In this document: positions 1-11,900 of the stretch, one piece after another | How the letters are laid out: each line of letters begins with the position of its first letter | Position numbering within the stretch: the first letter of the stretch is position 1 | Source of the DNA: Mizuhopecten yessoensis | Taxonomy: Eukaryota | Length of the DNA: 64,000 nucleotides | Assembly: GCF_002113885.1 (NCBI RefSeq) | Contig: NW_018408880.1 | Span: forward strand, 1,728,966 to 1,792,965 | Reading direction: 5' to 3' | The notes under the pieces: model-generated | Database searches by the model: none | The model's input: only the letters and a program-made list of their open reading frames with translations | Told to the model about the DNA's origin: nothing | Translations under genes and position numbers: made by a program

Positions 1-2
1 CA

Positions 3-321
3 TTAAGTCACTGTAAGGTAGCATACATCCTTAAGTCACTGTAAGGTAGCATACATCCTTAAGTCACTGTAAGGTAGCATACATCCTTAAGTCACTGTAA
101 GGTAACATTCATCCTTAAGTCACTGTAAGGTAGCATACATCCTTACAATGTAGGCCACTGTAAGGTAGCATACACCAGTAAGTCACTGTAAGGTAGCATA
201 CATCCTTAAGTCACTGTAAGGTAGCATACAACCTTAAGTCACTGTAAGGTAGCATACAACCTTAAGTCAAAGTAAGGTAACATACAACCTTAAGTCAAAG
301 TAAGGTAGCATACAACCTTAA
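3..321 (+). repeat. 28-bp minisatellite (TTAAGTCACTGTAAGGTAGCATACATCC)n, ~11 units, runs off the left edge
   Basis: TTAAG recurs at 3, 31, 59 and onward (period 28); units diverge towards 320. Confidence 0.95.
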
Positions 322-2394
322 GAGACAAGCAAAATTGGTCATATAGACAGTGGGCTATCTAGTCACTAGGTGTAGGAAACCACTTACCTTCTGGGCCCCA
401 TCTGTCGAAATTCTGATTAGCTTACAGATTAATTAATGTTAAATTACAGAAGGTGATTTTTGAGAAATCTTTAGATTTACAAATACAGCAGTGTTTTTTT
501 ATCTTCAGATGTTACTATTGATCATTTTAAATAATACATCTCCATTTTTAAATAGAAACTTTTTTGAAAAATATTATACAACATTAAGATTACACATTAC
601 ATTGTCTTTACTTGTAACTAATCATCCTGTCAACAGCTGGGCCTTAAAGCAATAGATATTTTACCTTTAAGTTTTTTTTCTTGTTCTTTGGGGGTGGGGG
701 TTTCGTTCAACTGGATTCATGTTAAGAGTTTGTTTTTGTGTCTTTTTCAAAAGATGTTTTCCTGCATTCTTTTATAGTTCAGGAAATACGAAATACACTA
801 ATATCAATAGATATTAGCCTTTGCTCTGTATCCTTCAACTGTGATGCATTGAGAAAGCAAATGTTGTTGTGAGACTATAACAACATTTGAAATGGTAACG
901 TCATCAATCTCTTTTGTGACATCATCAATTTCATTGTTGCCAACACTTGATTTTCTGTTCAAAGAACTATTGGAAATAACTAAATAAAGCATAAATAAAG
1001 CATAATTACTCTATACAAATGTAAGTATTAATAATGAACATTTTAGCAAATATTGTTATGTTCCTATAACACACATTTCTATTGCTGACATCAAATTTAC
1101 ATAAAGCCCTACCCGCATAACACTATTTGCTAAAACATTCACTGCTTAAATAATTGGCCTTCTTGATTTGAAAGCGAAGTTTAGGGACACTCAGGCTTCC
1201 AGAGATGTAATCCATTTGTAGTGCTATAAAGGAAACGATCACACAAAATACCACAGAAATAACAGTATTTACATTATTTTATTGGAGATTCAACAATTCA
1301 CAAAATTTATCATGATTTTACAAATCATCATAAGAATCTCTGAAAACAACATTTTTACAACTAAACCATAGTCAACTTAAGCTATTAAGTTATTCCCTCA
1401 TTTAATGTCCCAAGGGGGTGAAGTTGGAAATGACCAACAATATCTCCTTTAAAAACTTTTTTTTAAAGAATTTCAAAAGAAGATTATCAGTTATTTTGAA
1501 TTAAGGTGGTGGAGATGGGGTACCGTTTGCATATAATAATTTTACAGTAAAAACCTGTCTTATCTGACCAAAGTCTATGTAAAAGTCAGTGCAAGTTTCT
1601 GTTACATAGACCTTATGTCTAAGCAATGCATCTTTAGTAAAAGATTTTAAACCATCCAAAATGAAATTATATGGAAATGTGGTTCTCCAGACATCAAACA
1701 ATATGTGTGGAAATGGTAATTAACCAAGTGAACTGAAAGTCATTGAAAGTCAGCAAATTGTAAAACAAAGGAACAGTCGAAAATTAGACTTGTTTTTTTA
1801 TTGTTGCAAAAAAAAGGAGTGTAGTAGAATCTAATTTCAATAGACCTAGCTTCAGCCTATAATGTTGTATTAAATCCCACATCTAATGAAAACTACTAAA
1901 TAAGACCTGTGTATTCTGACCTTCTGTTTAATCTGTCCAATATTTTGTGTCCCACAGGGTTTCAGACTAGACAGGTTTCACTGAATCTATTTTTGTGACC
2001 AACACATTTCATTCCAACCCAGTTTAACCATGACCACCAACCAGACCTACTCAGTAACCAATTTTATGATGAATTAAAACAAATACAGTAATATTTACAT
2101 ATAACATAGGGCAAGGTCATTCCCTCTTCACATACAATATATATTTAATCTTTTCTCTGATTTTCTTACAAGTTTGGAAAAATAAAGATGATTGGTTTGA
2201 GTATTGGTATTTAAGCTTCTATGCAATGTAAAACTTTTGTAAAAGAATAGATTGAACACAGCCAGGATTAAAGACAGTATCAGAGTTCATCAAAGTTTAA
2301 CTTATGCACTAGAATATTACCACTTACCCAAATAAGGAAAACTACATATATTTGGTGAATGACAGGAAAGAAAAGACAAACTCTACGAAGCAAC

Positions 2395-2457
2395 AGGTCA
2401 GAAAAAGGTCAGCAGGTCAGATAAAGGTCAGCAGGTCAGAATAAGGTCAGCAGGTCA
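2395..2457 (+). repeat. 19-bp tandem repeat containing seven perfect AGGTCA hexamers
   Basis: AGGTCA at 2395, 2406, 2414, 2425, 2433, 2444 and 2452; spacers 5,2,5,2,5,2. Confidence 0.9.
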
Positions 2458-2600
2458 GAAAAAGAAGGCAAAAAAGAACAGAAAATGACTGAAAAAGAAA
2501 AAGTCATTGGATTCAGAATCTCCGTCACATTTCTATACAGTGACCTCCCCTTAATTTTGTTTTGGATAAAACTGTAGCACAGTTAGGCCAGGACACTTCC

Positions 2601-2680
2601 GCTGACCAGGTAGCTCAGTCTATGATAGCGCTATTATACCACTCTGAAGTCCAGGGTTAAAATCCTGGTCTAGTCCTGGT
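2601..2680 (+). mobile_element. Degenerate tRNA-derived SINE head
   Basis: A-box-like GGTAGCTCAGT and B-box-like GGGTTAAAATCC at tRNA-like spacing; similar element at 10930-11000; no intact cloverleaf. Confidence 0.45.
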
Positions 2681-3655
2681 GACTTTTTACACTCAGAATG
2701 TTGGTTTTATTTTGTTAATTTCATTCTTATTATACTTTCATAAATGTCCCGCAAGGTTGTTAGAAATCAACAAAACTGAAACCATGCTGGAAAAAATATG
2801 GGTAGAGAAGCATGAATATCAAATCTAGTTTCATTCAATTTTTAAACCCAATTTAATATCATAAGAACACAATTTCGATTCTCTCCCTTGTTTTCAGATA
2901 TATACGTGTACTGGTACATACATCATGGTCAAACCCTCATACAGTGCACCAAATAAATTGCCATGTATCAATTGCAAAATTTCCCAAATGACCATTATAA
3001 GGATAAAAATACACACAGAAATTTCTAAAACATTACACTCATGAAAAACTTGATTTCAGAAAGATCTCTGTTGAAAGACCAATCTTAGGACAGAACATGA
3101 AATCAGTTGTTTTCTGTTTCCTTGGAGACCTAGGCCCCGGGCTTTGGTATGACCGGTTCAACAGGCTTGTCTGTATTCAAATGTAACATTTTCGGGTATA
3201 AATCCTGGCATACCTGCAAATGTTAATGCAGGTCGTGCAAGGCTTTGTCAAGACTCGCCTGAAAGCAGCATCAGATTACTAGGTCCAACCTTATTCCATA
3301 AACGAACAACTCTGGTCCAATTTGTTCAATTGTTTGGATTGCGATAAATTAATGTGGCCCTAATATTTCTTACATTACAGCAGCTTTTAGAAAAAAAATG
3401 TTTGTAATTCTTCAAAATGGAGGTAGATCAACGGTAACTCCTTGTATTGAAAATCTACAGAGACAACAGAAAGTAGGATGCATCCCTATTTCTCAATATT
3501 ATCATGATTAAAGTTGTCATTTTCTATCGCATTTTTCTCCAACATAGTGATATGAAATTTCGACAATGAAGATGATAGCATGTTTTGAAAATAATCACAA
3601 CATAATCTTTACACAATAAAAATCCCATTTTTTCTTAAATTAACATTCCTTCATG

Positions 3656-6600
3656 TCATGAAAGTCTCACAGCTGAAAATGTATCTCTTTTAGAAGATTC
3701 CTTTTCCTGCTTTCGACGCTGTTGTTCCAAATTTCGTTCCCGACGCTCTGATCGTTTCTGTTCCTTTATGGCAGCCTCAGCTTGCCATGATAAATCTTCC
3801 TCACCTTCATCATTCCAGCCAGTCTGTCGGTCGTCCCATGTGCCTAACTCTGGTCCCTGGAACATCACAGAAAAAAAAAATGTTGGTCCATATGAATAAT
3901 TTCAGTTCATTATACATTTATAAACACAACTTCATTAGTTCAACTATGTGTATGGAGGATGACGTTTAATGGTTTCCTATTGAATACCATATTTTGTAAG
4001 TATTTAAAAAAAAAAATTCAGGTTAACAAGTGATAAATACCTGTATATTTAAGTAATAAACAGCATTCTGTTCTGTGTTATAGGACCATAACACGGAACA
4101 GAATGCTGTTTTATGCTTATATTTACATTCTTCATTTTTTTTAAATTTTCATTTCTAATTTCGCAAAACATTTTTAAATTCATATTTCGGGGTGTTTGTT
4201 CAAATGGTAGAACAGCCCAAGGAATTGTGCACGGAATGTTGTCCTGTGACTTTCCCCCTGCAAAAATATAGTTCGTGAAAATCAACACAAAAATATTGAT
4301 ACAATTTCCAAACTTAACCAATCTATATAATCTATATATTCAATTAATATTTTATAATAGTCTTGCATAAAACAGTGAATATTATTGAATAATACTTTTT
4401 TGTTGTTGCTTATACTGCTTTCTAGTGCGGAGGGGAATAGCGATTCGATAGTTAATATTCGGACCTGTGGAGATATCACTATGCCTGTGTCATGGTCTTA
4501 TAACATGGAACTGGTCTTGGTAGTTCACCGGTATACACTGTACTGTATACGGTAGTGGCAATTCAGAGCAAATGTAAATATTCTGATATAAGTGGTGTTA
4601 AAAGGGACAAGCCATCAAATTCTCTATATTTTATTTAAACTTTTAAAACCATCAAAATGAAAAAGTAACTCAATGGAAATTAGTAGTGTAATATTTCATG
4701 TCATAATATGGTGTGGTCCTGCATGACAACATGGCTGTGAACCGCATTGAATGGGGGACTCGACATAACTCCATCACTTTCCACTATTACTATCATAATA
4801 GCAAAACGAGAACAAATCTGTAAGACACAAATGGCCTAGTATTTTATGACAAAATTCTCTCAGTAAAACTATCACGTTCAATCATATACATAGAATTTTA
4901 TATATCACTTCCAAAAACAATTGGTTCTTCCGATGGCAATAATCTTGTATGACCAATACAATAATCCTATCAAAATCTTAATAAAGTTCCAAATGATTTT
5001 TTTTGTTTATACTTAGAAGTTGTATTTAGAGTATTTGCCTGCATAAAGCATAATACATAACCTATTGGTACTGTATTACTGGTATTTTTTTCTCCTCACT
5101 TAACTCATTCACTCCTGAAATTTTATAATGAACTATTCCAGCCTTTGAATTGGAACGGTTCAAATGTGTCTTCAGGGTTGAATGAGTTAACACATGTATG
5201 CAGCTGCACTGGAGCCCAGCCATTGATACCCAAGACAACGTTCTGGTGAGATTTGACCGTAAAGCTGATGGTTACTTACAGCAGATAAAGGTACATCAGC
5301 AGTACTAGCCATAGCAAATCTATTGGACTGATTCTTCATCTCTTCTTTCTGTTTGATCAAAACCTGAAAATATTCAAGGATTTCATTTCATGTCACACAT
5401 ACCTCAAATCAAGTTCTCGACAATAAAATGAGGGTCATTATCACAGTTAGGCAAAATGTAGGTCAAGTCTGAAAACTGCAGGTCATATCAGCACTTTTCA
5501 AAGTCATCAAAATCAAAAGTATGGCATCTATACTATTAAAACTTGTCTTAAACTACCATGGTAGTATGTCTCTTCATAGGGCATTTCACTTCATATTTAA
5601 AGCTTTAACAAGGACTCAAACGCTCGTTTGTGTCAAAAAGGTCATTTTTACAGTTTCAATACTGGAATGAACAACGCAAATGAAGAAGATTCCAAAATCT
5701 AACTTCTTTTGAAAATTTTAGCATGACATGAAAGTCATTTGAAGACATACCGGTAGTGATCAAAATATATTGACAAAACAATAATGGAATTGTTGGCCAA
5801 AAGCTCAGGAATTGAAACAAAAACAAGTCTGAATACATTAAAGATTTATTTGGCCGCTAGGCCACTATTTATAATGTGTGTTTGCCTAAACCTGACCTAG
5901 GATTTAATAATTGGATAGGTAGGTGCGTGGGTGGGGAAAATATCTGATTTCATTTCACAAAGTCCTAAGGTAGAGCCATCGCCAAGGTGAGTAGTGGCGG
6001 ATATGTAAGTTCCAGTGTCCTGTGCTTGGATATGAGAAAGTATGCAGGGCGATTGGAGAGTAAGGGCAAATCTAAAAGGGTACATCAATCGCAAAAAACT
6101 TGAGACAGGTTTATATTTTATTTCATAAATGTAATGTCACTTTTTTCACTGGTTTAATAAATCCTTAAAACTACATTTTGATTTAATGAATGATCTGAAT
6201 ATGATTGGTTTGGTTTAGGCAAACATTCAGTGCCCTAAAATATTGATAATAATATAAGCCATGGCCAATTTTCACTTTTAGTATCCCGTCTTATTTTCAA
6301 ATCAGGCTTATTATCAAGATTTGAGTGTCTTTCATTTCATGAATACAAAAGTAATTTTTGTTTACCTTTTTTTGTCTCTTAATTCTCGGAGTCATATCTT
6401 GAAAATAGTCTGGTTCTGGTTCAGACAACTCATCGTGATCATGTGACAGTGACCTTGACCTGGAGTAATTGTGATTGAGTGACCTTGAATTACTGCTCTG
6501 ATCTTGATCCCAATTCTCCCAAGATTGTAATTCAGGCTGAAACATAAAGATATAACAATGTTACAATGTTCTAAAGATTTTTTGACAATATGTTCAGGGG

Positions 6601-7961
6601 TGTTATTTGCTCGATGCTCCAGACAACCAGTAGTGCAAAAAAGGCCATTTGCTTGGGGCAAGTGTAATAGAATAGTTTCTTAAACTTGTTTATCTGAAAA
6701 TCACTTTTATCTATAATAATGTTTACATGTTCAACAGTTATCTAGAAGGTGCCTATCCATTTTATCCTGGGAGCAGCTATTTCATATCCCTAAAACCTCA
6801 TCAGGCCACAAACTAGATTTCCATCCAGAGTTGTCTTTCCTTACATCATATGCACCTCCAGATCAAGCATCAGTTGAGAGCTAAATGCCAGATTATTAGC
6901 CAAAACAAAATTTGACATATTTCAGTCATATCAATGCCAGGTCAACATGTCCATACACTTTTTGTGTACTAGTATCTGTAAATAGTTACAGCGATTATAA
7001 TTCTCGTAATAATATTTGTGGGTATTTAATTTTGTGCAATCATTGACGAAAGCAAATTCTGTATTCACTAAATCATCCATCTAGCATTTAACAAACATAT
7101 TAAGCATTCTATATCAAATTGAAACTTGTACCCATGGATATATACAGGCTTTTTTATGGGCAAATATTGGCCAGTTCCCCTCTCTAATTTTGGCATTATT
7201 TTACCCTCTTTCAGTTAAAAATTCACCCACTTGTAACAAATATACCACCACATGAATATCTGTCTTGGTTCCATTTTTCTATTAATTTTCCATCAGTTCC
7301 ACAACTAAGTGATTTAAATTTCATTTTCCCTGTGTTGATGTTAATTGTCCCTGCTGATATTTTATAATCTTTTATGAACAATGAGAAACAAAATTACAGA
7401 TGTGATACATGCCCCCCCTCTTGTACTCTCCCCCTGGATCCGGCCTGCAGCCCCTTGCTGGACGGGTCATGCACCTACAGTGCATATTTTTTCCTATTTC
7501 CCTATTTCAAAAAAGGGTACTAACTTTCTATTCCTGCATTAATCCCTGGTACCATATTTATCCTGCAATAAGCCCAGGGAGTAGACACATAATTTCTGAC
7601 TCAAAATAGAGGGGTGGGCTTATTACAGGACAATGAAAAAATAGCACTGGTTGTCATATATATATATTGATCTGCAATGAGTGTGTCGGTTTAGTACCAG
7701 ACATGGGCTTATTGCCAGTTAAATATGGTAACCAATTATAATAGAAACTAATTGCTTCAGTTAAGATGTCAAGACTCTAACCTGTTTTGGTGCACTCGGT
7801 GTTTGTGTGAAATCTTGTGGAATGCTGTAGTGATTTGTCAAAGGCAAAACAGTGTCAGATGTCCTTCTCTTCCTTCTGCAGAAAAGTCGTTTGAATGGAG
7901 AACATATCAGCAGCACAAAACCAAAAGTCTTCTTGATGATGTTCCATACGACCTTTATCAT
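3656..7961 (-). CDS. EBAG9: Receptor-binding cancer antigen expressed on SiSo cells (RCAS1/EBAG9), 211 aa, 4 coding exons
   Basis: Exons 7961-7782 (MIKVVWNIIKKTFGFVLLICSPFKRLFCRRKRR..., N-terminal hydrophobic anchor plus basic patch), 6536-6366 (PELQSWENWD...EPEPDYFQDMTPRIKRQKK), 5363-5280 (VLIKQKEE...SNRFAMA...) and 3856-3656 (GPELGTWDD..GW..coiled coil..AVRLS*). All introns GT-AG, phase 0. SW.W, PDYFxDMxP, ELGxW and the C-terminal coiled coil match RCAS1. Upstream acceptor at 7982-7983 and a probable 5'UTR exon donor at 8646. Confidence 0.93.
5100..5190. mobile_element. ~90-bp TTAA-flanked MITE family A (piggyBac-like), copy in EBAG9 intron
   Basis: TIRs TTAACTCATTCAC.CCTGAA ... TTCAGGG.TGAATGAGTTAA. 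Further copies near 14483, 17475, 18991, 19607, 20526, 37296, 39389 and 44053. Confidence 0.85.
5879..6226. mobile_element. MITE-like element with terminal inverted repeats
   Basis: TGTTTGCCTAAACCTGACC at 5879 versus GGTTTGGTTTAGGCAAACA ending at 6226. Confidence 0.65.
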
Positions 7962-8646
7962 TTTGGCAGGAATTGCCTTTCCTGAAAAACAAATACAGTA
8001 GTTAAATGCTAATAATAGTCTTTATTATTTAAACTTAAAGCATACATATTTCAAATCTGGGATGTATATAATGCAGAAGGCTTGGGTGTCTACCTGTAAT
8101 TCTGTTAGCCCGACGCCTTCAGATTTTATGAGAGCATTATCAATACTGAATATGAAAGTATACGTTGGACAAGTATTTTTTTCCCTAAATCGGTATGTTT
8201 TTAAAAAATGACACATACAAGGTAGAAAATTTCAGTTCCCAGAAACATTCAAATCATATGAAATATTTGTGTTTCATCATGTTACACTGACTTTTGCTTA
8301 TATACATATATATATATACACACTGTTAAGTGTTTTAATTGCGTCTTACGACAATATGCAGTAGGACACAGTAGGCCTACAATGTATTCCTTACCTGAAC
8401 CTGCAGGGTTTAACGACTTAATTAGATTTCATTTACATCCTACATTTGTATCTTTTATGTTATAATAAGGAACATTAAATCTGTCATGCCATTTTGCATG
8501 ATGCTGTAAAGTGATGCCGGTTACACATCACGTGTCAAGTGACAGTGTACATGTCGTGCAATGCACCCTCCATACGAAAAACACCCATATACTGATTTGC
8601 TAAATTTGTACATACTCATTCGATTAACCAATAGTGAACTAGTTAC

Positions 8647-8985
8647 CTGTTTTATACACAAATTATTTTCAAATTCTTCTTAACTACACCAGATATTGCA
8701 TTTTATCTTTCACAATTTCTGCTCTCATCTGGAGGTTTCTTGTTTCTTCAACGTCAATTTGGTGTTTACTTCCTCCCATAGAAACAGACTCAGAGGCAAA
8801 CTTTGCACCGACTTGGAGTTTTTGTTTCGATATGTGCCGACAGATGTCGCCAAAGTTGCTAGACAACAATAAACAGTATGGCGACTACCATGTAGGGACA
8901 GGAGATTTTATGAGGGTGTTGGTATTAGTTTCAACGGTTTAGGGGGATTTTTATTTTAGTGACGATAAAAAACACAAACATGCCG
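8647..8985. promoter_or_regulatory. Putative compact bidirectional promoter and first exons of EBAG9 (-) and LKAAEAR1 (+)
   Basis: Minus-strand donor CAG|GTAACT at 8647/8646 and plus-strand donor CCG|GTAAGT at 8985/8986, only ~340 bp apart; locally more CpG; YY1-like ATGGCG at 8878. Confidence 0.6.
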
Positions 8986-11900
8986 GTAAGTTAAAATGCA
9001 GAGTGAGTAATGGAAAGCATCGTAAATGTCCTGAATGATTGCCAGTTAAAACATACAAGGAAGTAAAATCAACTTGCTGTTATCCTTGTACGGCAATGTG
9101 CTTAAAGTCGCGCTATAATATATATGTAGCTAGTAGCCACACCCTGCACCTTTATTTTTTTGCATTTCCAAATTATACATTGACGTAAAGTTAGAGGGAT
9201 GATAGCAGCTGGGTGATAGTTATAAAAGGTCTAGGATGTAGATGTCTGGGGCTAGAGCACATCGCTATATGAAAATTTGGAATTCTCAGATACCAAACGA
9301 TGTGTTGCACTATAAAACGTAATCTGACTATACAGGACACCACTAGATCTGCAGGATTTGGTTGGTACAAGATAAGATACAAGATACTAGAAGGTTTATT
9401 TAAATTTGTACATGTTAAACAATAAACATTAGCTATGTAGAGCTATTTCTACGACAAAACATGAGTAAAAGGCATAGAAAATTACAAACAAAAACGAAGG
9501 ATCACATCATGCATGTTAAATAAAAATAAAAACGTCTTAAGGGACTGAACAATACAAGTAAGAGTCTTGTACTCTCTGCTCGCTGTTTGCAGACTGATTG
9601 GTCTACCTATTGTGTATAGTCACTGCTATAACAAAATCTTTCGGTTGGTTTAAAAAAAAATCCCGATGAGTCTGTTTAAGACAGAGTTCACTGTATCCAG
9701 TGGCTTTTTTTTGCCTTTGTATGTAAATTGGGTAAGATATTGAACAATTTCCAGTGCAAATAGGGCATGATTTCATTATCAAGAAAGACCTCCAATTCCC
9801 TCTCAGTGAAAAACATTTTCAACTCTTAAAGTTTGGACACCATATTGTTAAGGGGCTGACTTCAGGGCTCCCCAACCCTGGTAGCCCATATCAAAATATT
9901 TATATATATATATACATCTGTGCTTGGAAACAGTATATATATCTACATATTTATGAAAAAAATGTCTGGGGGAATAAAATATTCGGAAAAAATAAATCTT
10001 CAAGTTAGTGATTGACTTACCAAAACTTGATCATACCTCAACCTAAGTTGATCATGATTTGCATAGGGCTGCAATTTCATGTCGTAATTAAATCATAATA
10101 AATTAAGACTAGAATATTTTTTTTAAATACCCAGTAAAGTCACTGGTATTGTAAGATACGGTTTGGAGTCAACTATAACCTCCTAATTGGGGCCCTGCAA
10201 ATGAATGCTGGTGTAGTTATCACTTTGTTTACAAATCTAGTGTATGTAACACACATACATCCATAGATTTCTGATCATGTTTTACTTGTTTTTGTTACAA
10301 ATCACAGGAAAATCTTCCACCAATCGATCGTGACAATAACGATCCAAATGGGAAATTCAAGGCAAGGAATTGGCAGAAAAAGGATGTAAAAAAGATGCAT
10401 CCCCAACTAAGAAGTAAATACCTGGCAGTAAGTATTTAATATAAAGTTTAAGTATTAAGGATCCTTGTCCCACTGAAGGCGAAACACTGCCGAGTTTGTA
10501 CATGCAGTAACTTCCCCTTGATTTTGACCGTAGCACTACTAAGCCAGGGTTACCATTAACTAGGGTTACATTCGTGTATCCCGATTGAAACAGTTCAGGT
10601 GGTGCAGAAATACTCCACGATAAACGAACGCACATGGACGGAACTGTAGGCAGAGTTAAAAAAATGCATAAATAACAATATACCAAGAATAATTTGTCCT
10701 TCTTTCATGCATCTTCTAAATTATATAATGCATCTTAAAATCTGCATCTGGATTGACATTGTTTTATTAAGAAATAACGCAAAATGGCAATAGTCTGCAT
10801 TTTAGTTTTGGTCAGCGCGTCTGGACCCCTCAGTCTACACATGCTGAATATTCTAGAGGTCAGCCACGGTTCAGATCTGCGCCTGTCGTTTGTTTTCAGG
10901 TTCAACAGTTTCAGCTGCGAAAGGGATTTAGGTAGCTGAGATTGGTAGAGCTACACTATAATGATTTGTGGTCAAGGGTTAGAATCCAGCTCTGGCCCTG
11001 TTGTATATTTACACAAAAAATACTGTTGCTGATTTTTTTGTTTTTGTTTCATCTTTATAATTTTTCATAAAAGTTTCACAAAGACAGTATATAACCCCAT
11101 GGGCGATGGCAACATATTTGATTTCTGGCAAATTAGACAGTATAGAGGTAAAAAAATCATAAAGACAACTTTAAGCAATTGAATACCGGTATAAACAAAT
11201 ATTTACTTTCATCATCATTTGGAGGCTACGTAATATTATGTACACTGTTTATGAATTCTGCAAGATGAAGTAACTTAACCGTTAACATTACATCTCCAGC
11301 ATACACGCAGGCATCCACACATAGAATAAAGGCAAGGGTCAGATAGTGACCATTTAGACAGTGGTTAGTCAGAATGGTTGTCTTTTAAGAAATTATTTAT
11401 CAGAACTGTAGTCATGTCGGAAAAACTTTCCAACACATGCCATAGTTACAGTTTTGGGTAGTCCCAGGTGTTACCAGGATCCTTAAATGATTTTGTTGGT
11501 GAATCAAATGTCCATGTTTCCATACCTGTAAATAATAAATTTGTTTCCAATTCACCATTTAAAAGTTTTAATCAATCAAAAGCTCGAAGTTTGAAAAAAG
11601 TTCTTGATTAGGAAATCAATCAATCAATAATGGTTTTAACCAGAAATATAAAGACATAAACAAAATTCTCATCAATTGAAATACTGGTACCTAATTATGA
11701 ATTCATCTTTCCTTAACAGTACGAGGATCCAGCAAAGGAAATAACAGAAGCCCAGAGTGTAACAAACAAAAGGCTGTTGGATAGGAAACGCAATGAAATT
11801 AGGTACATCTACAATACCCAATTGTTAACTGGTAGGTGTAGCCCAGCAGCCAATGCTATCATGCCAGGGAAAATGGCTTGTGTACCATGATTTTGAGGTT

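Noticed and set aside
2601-2680. Possible tRNA gene (also 10930-11000 and 55280-55340)
   Set aside because: A/B-box remnants are present, but acceptor and anticodon stems cannot be formed; treated as SINE-derived.
10361-10367. Apparent GC-AG donor (AAG|GCAAGG) in LKAAEAR1 exon 2
   Set aside because: The frame stays open to a canonical GTAAGT at 10428, and the extra residues (ARNWQKK...RSKYLA) fit the family.
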